From: Myxococcota bacterium | Lineage (GTDB): Bacteria; Myxococcota_A; UBA796; GCA-2862545 | DNA length: 64,000 nucleotides | Assembly (NCBI GenBank): GCA_039208735.1 | Contig: JBCCQY010000032.1 | Location: 1-64,000 of the forward strand | Direction: 5' to 3' | Shown: piece after piece, positions 42,018 to 51,676 of the stretch | Position numbering within the stretch: the first letter of the stretch is position 1 | Layout of the letters: every line of letters starts with the position of its first letter | Position numbers and translations under genes: made by a program | Notes under the pieces: generated by a model | Told to the model about the DNA's origin: nothing | The model's input: the letters and a program-made list of their open reading frames with translations, nothing else | The model's database searches: none

Positions 42018-43427
42018 GTGCCGTTCCTCGAAGCCCATCTTCCCGAACATCGAGAGCTGTTGAGCCGTGAGGCCCTAACGCTCACCCTGAAGCACGGGGA
42101 ATACCTGATGCAACGGGGCGATGGAGGGTCAGACATTTACCTTCTCCAATCCGGGGTCCTGGAGGTGGTGGATCGGACTCGAGTTCCGGAAATCCCGGTT
42201 AATTCGCTCACTCCAGGCGCCGTGGTCGGTGAGCTGGCCTTTGTGACGGATACCTCGCGTTTGGTCGATGTTCGGGCGGGTACCGATTGCGTGTTGCTGG
42301 CTTGGGAACGAGACACCTTGAAACGGCTGTTCCAGGAGCATCCGGTCATCGCCGCTACGTTTCATGCCGAGGTGGCGCGCTTGACCGCAAACCGATTGCG
42401 ACGATTGACGGACCGCGCCATCGCAGGGTCCTTCGACCTATCGGAGTCTGTCGACGAAGACGATGACGTGCGCACCTGGGTTCAGCGCATCGTGGGCCTC
42501 ATCAAGGAGGCGATTCCCCAACACGATGCCCAGCTCCGCGTGGCACCGGAGTCGCCGGCGGCCCAATCGGCGGTCTCCACCACGTTGGATCGGCTGGAGA
42601 CTGCGATCGCGGAGCTGTTCGAGGCGCACTCAGAGCCCGATGCCGCTGCGTTCGCCGAACGTGAACTCCGCCGCGAACTGATGCCCTACCTGGTTCGTTC
42701 TTCGCTCGCGGATCGGGCGTTGCGACGGCCGGGGGGTCGCCTAGGCACCGTGCAGATCTTGGCGCAATCCATGATCAACATGGCGATGGGCGACGGGGTG
42801 TTGGGCGTTGCCATGGATCGCTGGATTCTCGACCGGCCCACGTTTGCCGCCCTTCGGGAACTCCAGCCCGAGTTGGTGCGCACCATCCAACGGGGATTGC
42901 CGGATGGTCGAGCCTCCGAGGTGCAGATCCTCAACGTGGGTTCCGGATCGTTGGTGGCGGGACTCCTCACCGCAATCGAGGATCACCCACATCCCGTGAC
43001 GGTATCGGTCATCGACCAGTCCGCGCGGGCGCTCGCCTTGCTGCCCGATCCCGAGCCAGGGGCCAACGCAACACTCGTACCCAAAGTGGCGAACTTGGTG
43101 GCCCTGGCGTCCGGTGACCTTGACCTTTCGATGCCTCCCCAGGACATCGTTGTGATGCACCACCTGATCGAGGTGTTGCCCGAGCGACTCGCCTTCAACC
43201 TGCTGCTGCAGTGTCGACGTCAGCTTGCTCCGGACGGGGCTCTCATCGTGGCGACGCTCGGCCCCTCGGCGGACCGGGCGTTGCTCGACCGGTTGCTCGG
43301 GTGGCCTACGATTCGTCGGCCGCGCAACGGCGTTGGAGAGCTGCTGCGAGCCGCAGGTTTCGGCACGGTATCGCCCGTTACGACGGCCGTGCCTGGGCAA
43401 CTCATCGTTGCTTTGGAGGGGACCTGA
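42018..43427 (+). CDS. cNMP-binding domain fused to class I SAM-methyltransferase-like (PhcB-like) domain
   Basis: GEYLMQRGD...IYLLQSG...GAVVGELAF...RLVDVRA (cNMP domain); ILNVGSGS, VIDQS, QLAPDGALIV (methyltransferase fold). Confidence 0.78.
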   Translation: MPFLEAHLPEHRELLSREALTLTLKHGEYLMQRGDGGSDIYLLQSGVLEVVDRTRVPEIPVNSLTPGAVVGELAFVTDTSRLVDVRAGTDCVLLAWERDTLKRLFQEHPVIAATFHAEVARLTANRLRRLTDRAIAGSFDLSESVDEDDDVRTWVQRIVGLIKEAIPQHDAQLRVAPESPAAQSAVSTTLDRLETAIAELFEAHSEPDAAAFAERELRRELMPYLVRSSLADRALRRPGGRLGTVQILAQSMINMAMGDGVLGVAMDRWILDRPTFAALRELQPELVRTIQRGLPDGRASEVQILNVGSGSLVAGLLTAIEDHPHPVTVSVIDQSARALALLPDPEPGANATLVPKVANLVALASGDLDLSMPPQDIVVMHHLIEVLPERLAFNLLLQCRRQLAPDGALIVATLGPSADRALLDRLLGWPTIRRPRNGVGELLRAAGFGTVSPVTTAVPGQLIVALEGT

Positions 43428-43506
43428 TGTCGTCGCGGGGCGGCCGATGTCGCCCCTCTTGCCACCCCTTCTTCAGTCGACTACAGCCGACCGTCTCGGA
43501 GATCCC

Positions 43507-44343
43507 ATGATGCGCTTTGCCCTCGTCCTTGCCGTTTTTGGCACCGCCTGCAGTTCCGGAACGGAAACGGCTGCCCCCGAAGCTCCAGCCGTCGAAGAAG
43601 CCGAGAAGAAGGGCCCGGAGGTCGCGCCCGTCGCGCCAGTGACGCCGGATTCAACAGGTCTTGTGCCGTCGATCCTCGAGACGCAGGCCGCGCTCAAAAC
43701 GAGCGGCGTAGACACCGAGTTGGCGACGCTCACCAAGAACCGGGCGTACGATTTGACGGCGGATGCACCGGACCGTGCCGCCGTACGAACCGGAGTGGTG
43801 CTGGCTGACATGCTGCTGACGGTCGAGAATTCCGAGAAGGACCGGCTCTTGGCCCAGCTGGGCACGCTTCGAAAGGGGATGCAGCAGCTGAACGGGGGCA
43901 ACGACATCGACGCGACCCTCGCCGAGTACGAGGAGCAAATCAAGACCGATGCCATCTCGCGCGAAAAGTTGCTCGCCGATTTCGACCGCATCTCGGGTGC
44001 CGTGATTCCCGAACTCACGTTCAACGGCAACGAGCGAGTGGTTCCGCTCATCACCGCCGGCTCCTGGCTTGAGGGCACCAACCTCGTGGCACAGGCCATT
44101 AAGGACGTGCCAGCCGAAAAGCGTGGCGATGCGGACAAGCTCCTGAAGGCGCCACCTGTGGTCGACTACTTCTCGCAGTATGTGGCGGATGAAGGCGCAG
44201 ACAAGGCGCCAGAACCCGTGGTCGCTCAGCTCAAGACCACGCTGGGCACGCTTTCGGAACTCGCGAAGAAGGCCGAGCCGCTTACCGACGAAGAACTTGA
44301 GCAGGTTGCAAAGGCGACCGGCGACGTCCTCTCGCTCCTCTGA
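43507..44343 (+). CDS. Hypothetical alpha-helical lipoprotein
   Basis: RBS GGAG; lipobox FGTAC; LITAGSWLEG motif; strong codon bias. Confidence 0.7.
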   Translation: MMRFALVLAVFGTACSSGTETAAPEAPAVEEAEKKGPEVAPVAPVTPDSTGLVPSILETQAALKTSGVDTELATLTKNRAYDLTADAPDRAAVRTGVVLADMLLTVENSEKDRLLAQLGTLRKGMQQLNGGNDIDATLAEYEEQIKTDAISREKLLADFDRISGAVIPELTFNGNERVVPLITAGSWLEGTNLVAQAIKDVPAEKRGDADKLLKAPPVVDYFSQYVADEGADKAPEPVVAQLKTTLGTLSELAKKAEPLTDEELEQVAKATGDVLSLL

Positions 44344-44353
44344 CGGAGAGATC

Positions 44354-44779
44354 ATGAACGCCCTCGCGATGCTCCTATGGGTGCCGCCCGCGTCCGCGGA
44401 TCCCGCGATGCGGGAGGCTCAGAGTTGTGTCGAGAGCAAACTCGACGAACTGTATGCGCAGGGGTGGCGCAGCCGGGGGGGATTGACGCGGGTGCGGATT
44501 GAAGTCGACCAATCCCATACGAGCGAACATGTCCTGCTTGGCGGTTTCGACGTCACGTTTCGGGCGTGTGCCGCACGCGGCGCGATCGACCTCGATCTGG
44601 TCTTGTACGATGACGATGGCACCATCGTCGCGAAGGATGAAGGGATGTCGCGTGATCCCATTCTTTCGGTGAAGGTGCCTCGGACGGGGCGGTATCGCCT
44701 CGTGACCTACCTTCGCAAGGCCCAGCCCCGTGCCGGCGCGGTTCCAGCGGCGGTTGCGCTCACGTTCCAGCTCCCCTGA
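44354..44779 (+). CDS. Small secreted protein with PPC-like beta-sandwich
   Basis: DLDLVLYDDDGTIVAKD...PRTGRYRL pattern; RBS GGAG. Confidence 0.65.
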   Translation: MNALAMLLWVPPASADPAMREAQSCVESKLDELYAQGWRSRGGLTRVRIEVDQSHTSEHVLLGGFDVTFRACAARGAIDLDLVLYDDDGTIVAKDEGMSRDPILSVKVPRTGRYRLVTYLRKAQPRAGAVPAAVALTFQLP

Positions 44780-44860
44780 GAGGGCGCTCTGCACTACGGC
44801 GACCTCGAAGAACGCTTTCGCGCCGCGCGTCCTGAAGTTTCGGGTCATGCGGATCGCGAT

Positions 44861-47287
44861 GTGTCCTTCGCCGTCGATTTCGCCCGGTTGTTGGCCCAGA
44901 TTCTCACGGCACGAGACTACACACCCCGCGTACGCATCGCGATGCGCTCGGCCATCAAGGTCCGTACGAAGCTTGCAGATGACCAGATCGACACGTTGCT
45001 CGACCTGGCCCTCACACCTGAACAACGCGTTGCGATCGATGAGGACCAGCTACGGGCGTTCGGCCGGCACTTCGGTACCGCCGAAAGCGAGGCCTTGCGG
45101 CTCGAGGTGGCCCGCGAAGTCGACCTCCGGACGTTTGCCGCCCGGTACGAAGAAAAGGAGGCGCTGCGGCTCCTCGACAGCCTCTTCTTCATCTGTGCCG
45201 TGGACGGGCGCATCGACGCCGACGAAATCCGTCGACTCGATCGAGCGGCCCAGCAGCTCGAGATCGATCAGGCCTTGATCAATGCCCTGTTTCGGAAGCA
45301 TGACGGGCGTCATCACAAGGGCGAGGTCATCACCCTTGATCAAGGTCGCTACATCATCGGCCGGGCGCCGCACCATCGGATTCCGCTTCCCGATCCCCAA
45401 ATCGCCCTTCGCCATGCCGAACTCGTCAGGGTCGCGGAGGGGTGGCGAGTCAGCGATCTGAACAGCGGTCGACCGACCGTCGTCAACGGACATCCCCGGG
45501 CCCAAGCCACCTTGCGGGCGGGAGACGAGCTGCGCCTCGGCACGACGACCCTGCGCTTCCTTGGGGATCGTCAGGTTCGCATTCGCGGGACCGCTTCGTT
45601 TTCGAGCCTCTCGGTGCGAAATCTGAATCGCTCGGTGCGCAATGCCAAGCTTCTCGATGACATCAGCTTCACCGTCTTTACGGGCGAATTGGTGGCCATC
45701 GTGGGTCCTTCGGGAGCGGGCAAGACCTCACTTGTGAACGCCATTGCGGGCCTGACGCGGTCAACGGGACAGGTGCTGTTCGGCACGCAGTCCTTTCATC
45801 GCATGATCGCCCATGACCGGTCGGTGTTGGGCATGGTGCCGCAGGACGACGTGCTCCACACCGAACTCACGGTGGAGGAGAGCCTGCGCTACGCGGGAAA
45901 GCTCCGCCTTGGGCGCAAGCTGCGCCGGCAGGAACTCGCCACGGCCATCGATCGTGTCGCCCTTGAACTCGAGCTTGAGCCGATTCGTGGGCAACGCGTC
46001 GGCAACCAGATCTCGGGAGGCCAGCGCAAGCGGGTCAACGTGGGGCACGAACTGTTGTCGAGGAACAATCGGGTGTTGTTCCTCGATGAACCCACGAGTG
46101 GTCTCGATCCGCAGACGTCCCAGGGCATGGTGGCGTTGATGCGCCAGCTCGCGGACGACGGACGCATCGTCTTCATGGCCACCCATGATGTCACGCCGGC
46201 CGTGCTGTCCAAGGTCGATCACCTGTTGGTGATTGCCAAAGGAGGGCGGCTGGCCTGGTTTGGGCCTCCGCAGGAGGCAACGCGCTATTTCGGGGTGGCG
46301 TCTGCCGATCGGATTTTCGGGAAACTGGCTGCCCATCCCGATGCCGACTGGGGGGCTCGGTATCGAACGCACTCTGCGTTTCGCAGGTTCGTTCGCACCC
46401 GCGAGCACCTCGTAGAGGTGGATGGGATCGAAGCGGCGCCGTCCGAGACCTCACCGGTTGGGCGAGACTTCGGCCGCGATTTGCTCACCCTCACCGAGCG
46501 CTACCTCCTCGTGAAGTTGCGCGACGTGTCGGGATTGGCCGTGTTGCTTGCCCAGGCTCCGGTGCTTGGGCTGTTCCTCTGGGCCGTGTTCCCCGGTCCG
46601 GATGTGGCGACCATGTTCATGATCGCGTTGTCCTGCCTTTGGTTTGGGTTGTCTGCGTCGGTGCGTGAACTCATCAGCGATCGATCGATCGCGTTGCGAG
46701 AAGCCGAGGTCGGGGTGTCCACCGCGGCGTACCTCGGCTCCAAGGTGCTGGTGCTTGGGGGGCTGGTCACCCTGCAGTGCACCGTGCTGGCGTCGATGGG
46801 GTACGGCCTTCTCGGCATGGGCGCCGAGGCGTACGGCTACTCCTGGGCCGCGTTGTGTGGGGTCAGTTCGTTGACCGGCCTGGTGGGCGTGTCGATCGGG
46901 CTTTGGGTGAGTAGCCGCATGCCATCGAGCGAAGCGGCGGTGGGCACATTGCCCCTCATCCTCATCCCCCAAATCACGTTTGGCGGGTTGCTCGTGCGGG
47001 TGTCGGAAATGAACGAGGTTGCTCGTGCCCTCTCGTCTGTCATGGTCCTGCGCTACGCGTTTGAGGCGGTCCTCAAGACCGGGATTGGGCTGACCGAGTA
47101 CCAGGGCGGGCGACTCGGTCGCGACGACAAACACATGGTCCACTTGCTCAAGGACCTGGGCTTTCGCACCTCGGACGCCGCGGACTACGGCATCCCTATG
47201 GCGATGCTGGTCGCCGTTCTCGGCGGGGTCGCGGTGGGCTTGTTGTTGTGGACCTACCGCCGGCTCGTTCGTCGGGTCAGCCGATAG
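44861..47287 (+). CDS. ABC exporter: TerB-like + FHA + ABC ATPase + ABC-2 permease fusion
   Basis: ICAVDGRIDADE (TerB); IIGR...RHA...VNG (FHA); GPSGAGKT, ISGGQRKR, FLDEPTSGLD; six C-terminal TM helices. Confidence 0.88.
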   Translation: MSFAVDFARLLAQILTARDYTPRVRIAMRSAIKVRTKLADDQIDTLLDLALTPEQRVAIDEDQLRAFGRHFGTAESEALRLEVAREVDLRTFAARYEEKEALRLLDSLFFICAVDGRIDADEIRRLDRAAQQLEIDQALINALFRKHDGRHHKGEVITLDQGRYIIGRAPHHRIPLPDPQIALRHAELVRVAEGWRVSDLNSGRPTVVNGHPRAQATLRAGDELRLGTTTLRFLGDRQVRIRGTASFSSLSVRNLNRSVRNAKLLDDISFTVFTGELVAIVGPSGAGKTSLVNAIAGLTRSTGQVLFGTQSFHRMIAHDRSVLGMVPQDDVLHTELTVEESLRYAGKLRLGRKLRRQELATAIDRVALELELEPIRGQRVGNQISGGQRKRVNVGHELLSRNNRVLFLDEPTSGLDPQTSQGMVALMRQLADDGRIVFMATHDVTPAVLSKVDHLLVIAKGGRLAWFGPPQEATRYFGVASADRIFGKLAAHPDADWGARYRTHSAFRRFVRTREHLVEVDGIEAAPSETSPVGRDFGRDLLTLTERYLLVKLRDVSGLAVLLAQAPVLGLFLWAVFPGPDVATMFMIALSCLWFGLSASVRELISDRSIALREAEVGVSTAAYLGSKVLVLGGLVTLQCTVLASMGYGLLGMGAEAYGYSWAALCGVSSLTGLVGVSIGLWVSSRMPSSEAAVGTLPLILIPQITFGGLLVRVSEMNEVARALSSVMVLRYAFEAVLKTGIGLTEYQGGRLGRDDKHMVHLLKDLGFRTSDAADYGIPMAMLVAVLGGVAVGLLLWTYRRLVRRVSR

Positions 47288-47837
47288 CCCACATCGCCAT
47301 CGCAAACACGGTCATTGCGGGAATGGCCAGCAAGGCGATGAGCGGGGCAAACGAGACATCCGAGTCTTCAGGCTCGAAGTGAGGCTGGGTGTTGAGGCTT
47401 GCGGGAACCGAGGCCTCACTCCATTCGCCATGCTCCCGAGGTGCCATCTCGGGCGTGATGTCGAACAGGGGAGGTTCGAGCGTCGGAGGCTTGGGGGCCT
47501 GGACCGCGCGCCGCAACTGAGGGGGCGTCTCGGAAGGCATCGGCATCTGCTCGGTGACCTCCCATTCCGTGGTCATCGGCGAGAGTCCACTCGTCGCCCA
47601 GTACCGTTGCTCGGTGTTGGGCGTTGGTTCTTCCTCAACCAAGACCCCTTCGGCTTCGATGACGGGTCGTGAGGTTCGAAACGGAGGCGCGCTCGTCGGG
47701 CGGACGATCTGGGAGCCCAGAACATCGTCCGTCGTGCGATCAGCCATGATGACTGTTGCGAGGTGATCTTCCTCGTCTTCCTCGAAGGTCGACATCCTGG
47801 CGTCGTGGCGCCTGGGCTCATTCGGTCGGACCGCCAT
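47277..47837 (-). CDS. Acidic, Pro/Thr-rich protein with C-terminal TM anchor
   Basis: RBS GGAGG; low-complexity body; hydrophobic tail. Alternative start at 47795. Confidence 0.55.
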   Translation of the reverse strand: MAVRPNEPRRHDARMSTFEEDEEDHLATVIMADRTTDDVLGSQIVRPTSAPPFRTSRPVIEAEGVLVEEEPTPNTEQRYWATSGLSPMTTEWEVTEQMPMPSETPPQLRRAVQAPKPPTLEPPLFDITPEMAPREHGEWSEASVPASLNTQPHFEPEDSDVSFAPLIALLAIPAMTVFAMAMWAIG

Positions 47838-47950
47838 GACAATCCCCTCCTGATGGTCCTCATCGGCTCGATCGCGTAGGACTTGAGGGCTCGAACACGA
47901 TGCCTGGCGGCCGATCGCTGCTTGCGATACTGCGCACCCTCGGAGGACGG

Positions 47951-48223
47951 ATGGGCGACATCCTCGTCAAGCGTGGATCAGTTGTAGACGGGAAGATCGA
48001 GGAACTCGTGGTCCAATTCCATGGACTGGCGGAGCGTACGATCGACCGTGACACCGCGCTGAAGTGGATGCGCGACGGTCATTCGCTGATTCCCACGGTG
48101 AACGGCAAGCGTCTCACTGCGCTTCAACTCGTAGATCTCGGCGATGAAAGCTACGCGATTCGCCATGACAACGCGTCCGAGCCCGAAGACGATCTGCCGC
48201 CGCTGCCGGGGGCAGCCAGTTGA
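47951..48223 (+). CDS. DUF3892-like small protein
   Basis: RBS GGAGG; C-terminal YAIRHDNASEPEDDLPPLP resembles the DUF3892 signature. Confidence 0.6.
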   Translation: MGDILVKRGSVVDGKIEELVVQFHGLAERTIDRDTALKWMRDGHSLIPTVNGKRLTALQLVDLGDESYAIRHDNASEPEDDLPPLPGAAS

Positions 48224-49293
48224 TGGTCGGCCTCGCGCTCCTGTTGATGACCGGGTGTCCCAAGGGACGACTCCTCGGCTCGAATTCGGTGAATTGGCAG
48301 GATATGCCGAGGCTTCCATCGCCGGCCGCATGGTCCTACGCTCGCGTCAAGGGAACGCCCCCTGACCCCGGCGTTCGCTCCGTGATGGGCCTGCGCAACT
48401 GGGATGCGTCGCTGGGCGGCACTGCGGCCGGTCTTGCGCTCAACCTCGTCCACGAAAAGGGCGGCGTGACCCCTCCCGAGGTTCGAGAGGCGGCTTGGCG
48501 AGCCGGATGGCCGTTCCCCATTGCCCGGGTGTGGACCGTCGGGGCTTCGATCGGGGCCGAGGCGCCCAATCGCATCCGTGAACTCGTCTCGCAGGTGCCC
48601 AACCAAGTCGACCTGGGGCTGGTTCGGGCTCGCGGGGACCGCCAGGATGTGTGGGTGCTGGTGACCAGTCAGCCCCGTATCGATATGCAGGTTTTCCCAA
48701 GGCAATTGCCGGCCGGCGCTCGGCTGCAACTGCCCGCCCAAGCTGGAGTCCGGTTTGCGGTGGCCGATCCGTCAGGGCGCTTGTTCGAAGGCCATCTCGA
48801 GGTCGATTGGTCCACATCGGCCGACCAGACGGGTGAATGGTTGGTCGAACTCCGGGATGAACGTGGGGTCGCCGCCCGCTTTCCCGTCTACGTTGGGATG
48901 ATCCCCCCCGAGCTAACGTTGCTCGATGGGGGCGAACCGCCCGTCAACCCGCCGCTTGCATCCGATCAGGCCTTTGACGTCATCGATCGAGTCCGCGAAG
49001 CCTATGGACTGGCCGAGCCGCAGGTTGACTCACTCCTCCAAAGCGCGATTCCGTGGGCGCAGCTCAATCCCAAACTGTCCACGCGCGAAATCGCTGAACG
49101 CGTTGGTGTGGATCCGGCTAACTTCTGGCGCATGGATTGTACTGGGGGCACGGTCGAGATCTGTCTTGACCCCATCGTGTGGGACCCACGGGCCCGCCCG
49201 GCGCTGCTGTCGGGGCGATTGTTGCTCGGCATCGGGGCCAACATCGTCTCGGATGGGGTGCGCGTGACCTTGTTGATGGCGCGCGAGTCGTGA
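48220..49293 (+). CDS. Lipoprotein with degenerate CAP/SCP-like domain
   Basis: Lipobox LMTGC; VIDRVREAYGL...DSLLQSA and LGIG features of the CAP fold. Confidence 0.6.
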   Translation: MMVGLALLLMTGCPKGRLLGSNSVNWQDMPRLPSPAAWSYARVKGTPPDPGVRSVMGLRNWDASLGGTAAGLALNLVHEKGGVTPPEVREAAWRAGWPFPIARVWTVGASIGAEAPNRIRELVSQVPNQVDLGLVRARGDRQDVWVLVTSQPRIDMQVFPRQLPAGARLQLPAQAGVRFAVADPSGRLFEGHLEVDWSTSADQTGEWLVELRDERGVAARFPVYVGMIPPELTLLDGGEPPVNPPLASDQAFDVIDRVREAYGLAEPQVDSLLQSAIPWAQLNPKLSTREIAERVGVDPANFWRMDCTGGTVEICLDPIVWDPRARPALLSGRLLLGIGANIVSDGVRVTLLMARES

Positions 49294-49730
49294 GTCCAGA
49301 CCGCGTGACGCTGGGCATCGGCGTTGCACTCGTGATCGTTGCGGTCCTCGCCGTGTTGGGCGTCGCTTTCCTGCCTTCGTCGACGGGGTCTCGGCTCGAA
49401 GCGATCCGTGCCAATGTCGACGCGTTGCGGGCGGCTGAACTCGATCATCTCGAAGCGTTCGGCCATCCGCTTCCGGCGGCGGCCTCCCCTCGGGCCCCCC
49501 GAGGCCTGACGGCGGAGCCCGTTCCTTGGGTGCCCTCGGAGGGGTTTCGCGCCTTGGCGTGGGCACCGTCCGACCGTGACGCGGTCTTTGCCAGCTACGC
49601 GGTGACCGTTGAGGGCTCCGAGTTTGTGGTGACGGCGCGTTGCGATCTCGACGGAGACGGAGTGCTCGCGGAGGTTCAGGCGACTCACGAAACCGCGGCG
49701 GTCCTTCGCAGTCCTTCGGCAGTCCGCTGA
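49290..49730 (+). CDS. Type IV pilin-like protein lacking the prepilin cleavage motif
   Basis: GTGA overlap; hydrophobic N-terminal helix; FRALAWAP...Y.V...F.VTARCDLDGDG resembles deltaproteobacterial pilin heads. Confidence 0.55.
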   Translation: MSPDRVTLGIGVALVIVAVLAVLGVAFLPSSTGSRLEAIRANVDALRAAELDHLEAFGHPLPAAASPRAPRGLTAEPVPWVPSEGFRALAWAPSDRDAVFASYAVTVEGSEFVVTARCDLDGDGVLAEVQATHETAAVLRSPSAVR

Positions 49731-50266
49731 TCGAACCGCGCCGTATCGCATTAGGCCTCGGAAGCTCGCTTCCGCCGAGGCGCATTCGGATCGAAGATAC
49801 CCTTCGACGGCTCGCGACCGACCCGCGAGTATCGATCACACGGGTGAGTCCTTGGGTGCGCACGCCTCCACTGGCGGGTGGGACGGCTCGCAATTGGTTT
49901 CTCAATGGCGTGGCCCTGCTGATGACCGACCTCGATCCCTTCGAACTCCTCGAGCGATGCATCGCGCTTGAAGCGCAGGCGGGCCGCCGTCGCCAGCTGC
50001 ATTGGGCAGATCGGCCGTTGGATCTCGATCTGTTGTTGGTTGAAGACGAAGTGATCGAAACCGAGCGGCTCGTGGTTCCACACCCGGCGATCGCGCGTCG
50101 ACCCTTTGTCTTGGAGCCTTTGCTGAAGATTTGGCCCGACGCGGTCGATCCTCGGACCGGGCGTCGCTACGCAAGTCTCGAGCCTGCACCGGGACCGAGG
50201 CCCGCCCCCGCAGGTTGCTCTTCCTTGCGGTGGATCGCCGGTCTTCCGGTGATTCGGTACATATGA
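49727..50266 (+). CDS. folK: 2-amino-4-hydroxy-6-hydroxymethyldihydropteridine diphosphokinase
   Basis: [36 protein letters not shown]...RPFVLEPL; start codon uncertain. Confidence 0.88.
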   Translation: MIEPRRIALGLGSSLPPRRIRIEDTLRRLATDPRVSITRVSPWVRTPPLAGGTARNWFLNGVALLMTDLDPFELLERCIALEAQAGRRRQLHWADRPLDLDLLLVEDEVIETERLVVPHPAIARRPFVLEPLLKIWPDAVDPRTGRRYASLEPAPGPRPAPAGCSSLRWIAGLPVIRYI

Positions 50267-50285
50267 GACGTCTTCGGAGGCTCCC

Positions 50286-50975
50286 ATGAAACTGTTCATC
50301 GATACCGCCAATCTCGACGAAATCCGGGAGGTCCATAGCTGGGGCGTCCTGGCTGGCGTCACCACCAATCCCTCTCTGATCGCGAAAGAAGGTCGCGACT
50401 TCATTGAAGTCATTCACGAGATCTGCGAGCTGGTGCGCGGACCGGTGAGTGCTGAGGTCGTGGCTCAAGACGTCGATGGCATGGTGCGGGAAGGCCGTTT
50501 GTTGGCCAAGATCCACGAGCACGTCGTCGTCAAGGTTCCGCTGATTGAAGCGGGCCTGGGCGCGTGCCGCATCCTCGCGGATGAAGGCATCAAGATCAAC
50601 GTCACCCTCTGCTTCCAGCCTTCACAGGCGCTGTTTGCCGGACTGGCGGGTGCGACCTACATCTCACCGTTCATCGGGCGGGTCGACGACGTGAGCTGGG
50701 ACGGGGTGGAGCTGATCCGACAGATCGCCGAAATCTACGCGGAGAGCGAGTCGATTCAGACTCAGGTGCTCGCGGCGAGCCTGCGTCACCCCATGCATCT
50801 CGTGCAGGCCGCGCTCGCTGGCGCCGATGTGGCCACGTGCCCCTACAAGGTGCTCAAGGCGGCGGTGAAGCATCCCCTGACGGACAGTGGGAACAAGAAG
50901 TTCCTCGCGGATTGGGAAACGGTTCCGGAGCGCAACATTGAGGCGCTTGTCCATCGCTGGCTCGAACGGCAGTAG
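50286..50975 (+). CDS. fsa: Transaldolase / fructose-6-phosphate aldolase family
   Basis: [52 protein letters not shown]. Confidence 0.93.
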   Translation: MKLFIDTANLDEIREVHSWGVLAGVTTNPSLIAKEGRDFIEVIHEICELVRGPVSAEVVAQDVDGMVREGRLLAKIHEHVVVKVPLIEAGLGACRILADEGIKINVTLCFQPSQALFAGLAGATYISPFIGRVDDVSWDGVELIRQIAEIYAESESIQTQVLAASLRHPMHLVQAALAGADVATCPYKVLKAAVKHPLTDSGNKKFLADWETVPERNIEALVHRWLERQ

Positions 50976-51013
50976 TTCGATACGCCTTCGGTTCACTACG
51001 CCCCTGGACCCCG

Positions 51014-51676
51014 ATGGGAACCGAGTCTTCACCCGCACCGTCCCGTCGCGGCGACAAGCGGACCTTGATCATCAACGCGGCCATTGAGGTCTTCGCGGAG
51101 AAGGGCTTTTTGCTTGCCCCCGTGGCCGAGATTGCGCGACGCGCTGGCGTCGCCGATGGCACGATCTACCGCTACTTCAAAAACAAAGACGACCTGCTGT
51201 TGTCGATCTTCGAAGAGAAGATGGACGAAATGCAGGTTGGCCTTGGCGAAGCCTTGGCGACGATCACGGATCCCGTCGACCAAGTCCGCGCGTTCACCCG
51301 CTACCACTTTCAGCAGGTTCAGCAGCATCGAGACGTTGCAGCCGTGTTGCAGGTGGAACTGCGATTGTCCACGAAGTTCCTCAAGGAGTACCGGCCCGTG
51401 AAGCTGTGGGCCTATCTCGAGGTGTTCGCGGAGATCGTACGACAGGGTCAAGCCCAGGGCCTATTCCGCCGGGATATGGACCCATTCATCGGGATGTGGG
51501 CGTTTTTCGGTGCAATGGACGAACTCGCCATGCAATGGGTGCTCGCCCGCAAGCAAGATCGTTTTCCATTGGAGGTGGCAGCGGACCAGGTGGCCGACAT
51601 CTTTCTTCGCGGCATGTTCACCGCGTCGCCGTCCGCCCATCCGCCCGCTGCCCCGACGCAAGAGGAGGTCAAGTGA
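51014..51676 (+). CDS. TetR/AcrR regulator (FadR/YsiA-like)
   Basis: HTH IARRAGVADGTIYRYFKNKDDLL; QVELR motif; coupled to etfB. Confidence 0.9.
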   Translation: MGTESSPAPSRRGDKRTLIINAAIEVFAEKGFLLAPVAEIARRAGVADGTIYRYFKNKDDLLLSIFEEKMDEMQVGLGEALATITDPVDQVRAFTRYHFQQVQQHRDVAAVLQVELRLSTKFLKEYRPVKLWAYLEVFAEIVRQGQAQGLFRRDMDPFIGMWAFFGAMDELAMQWVLARKQDRFPLEVAADQVADIFLRGMFTASPSAHPPAAPTQEEVK

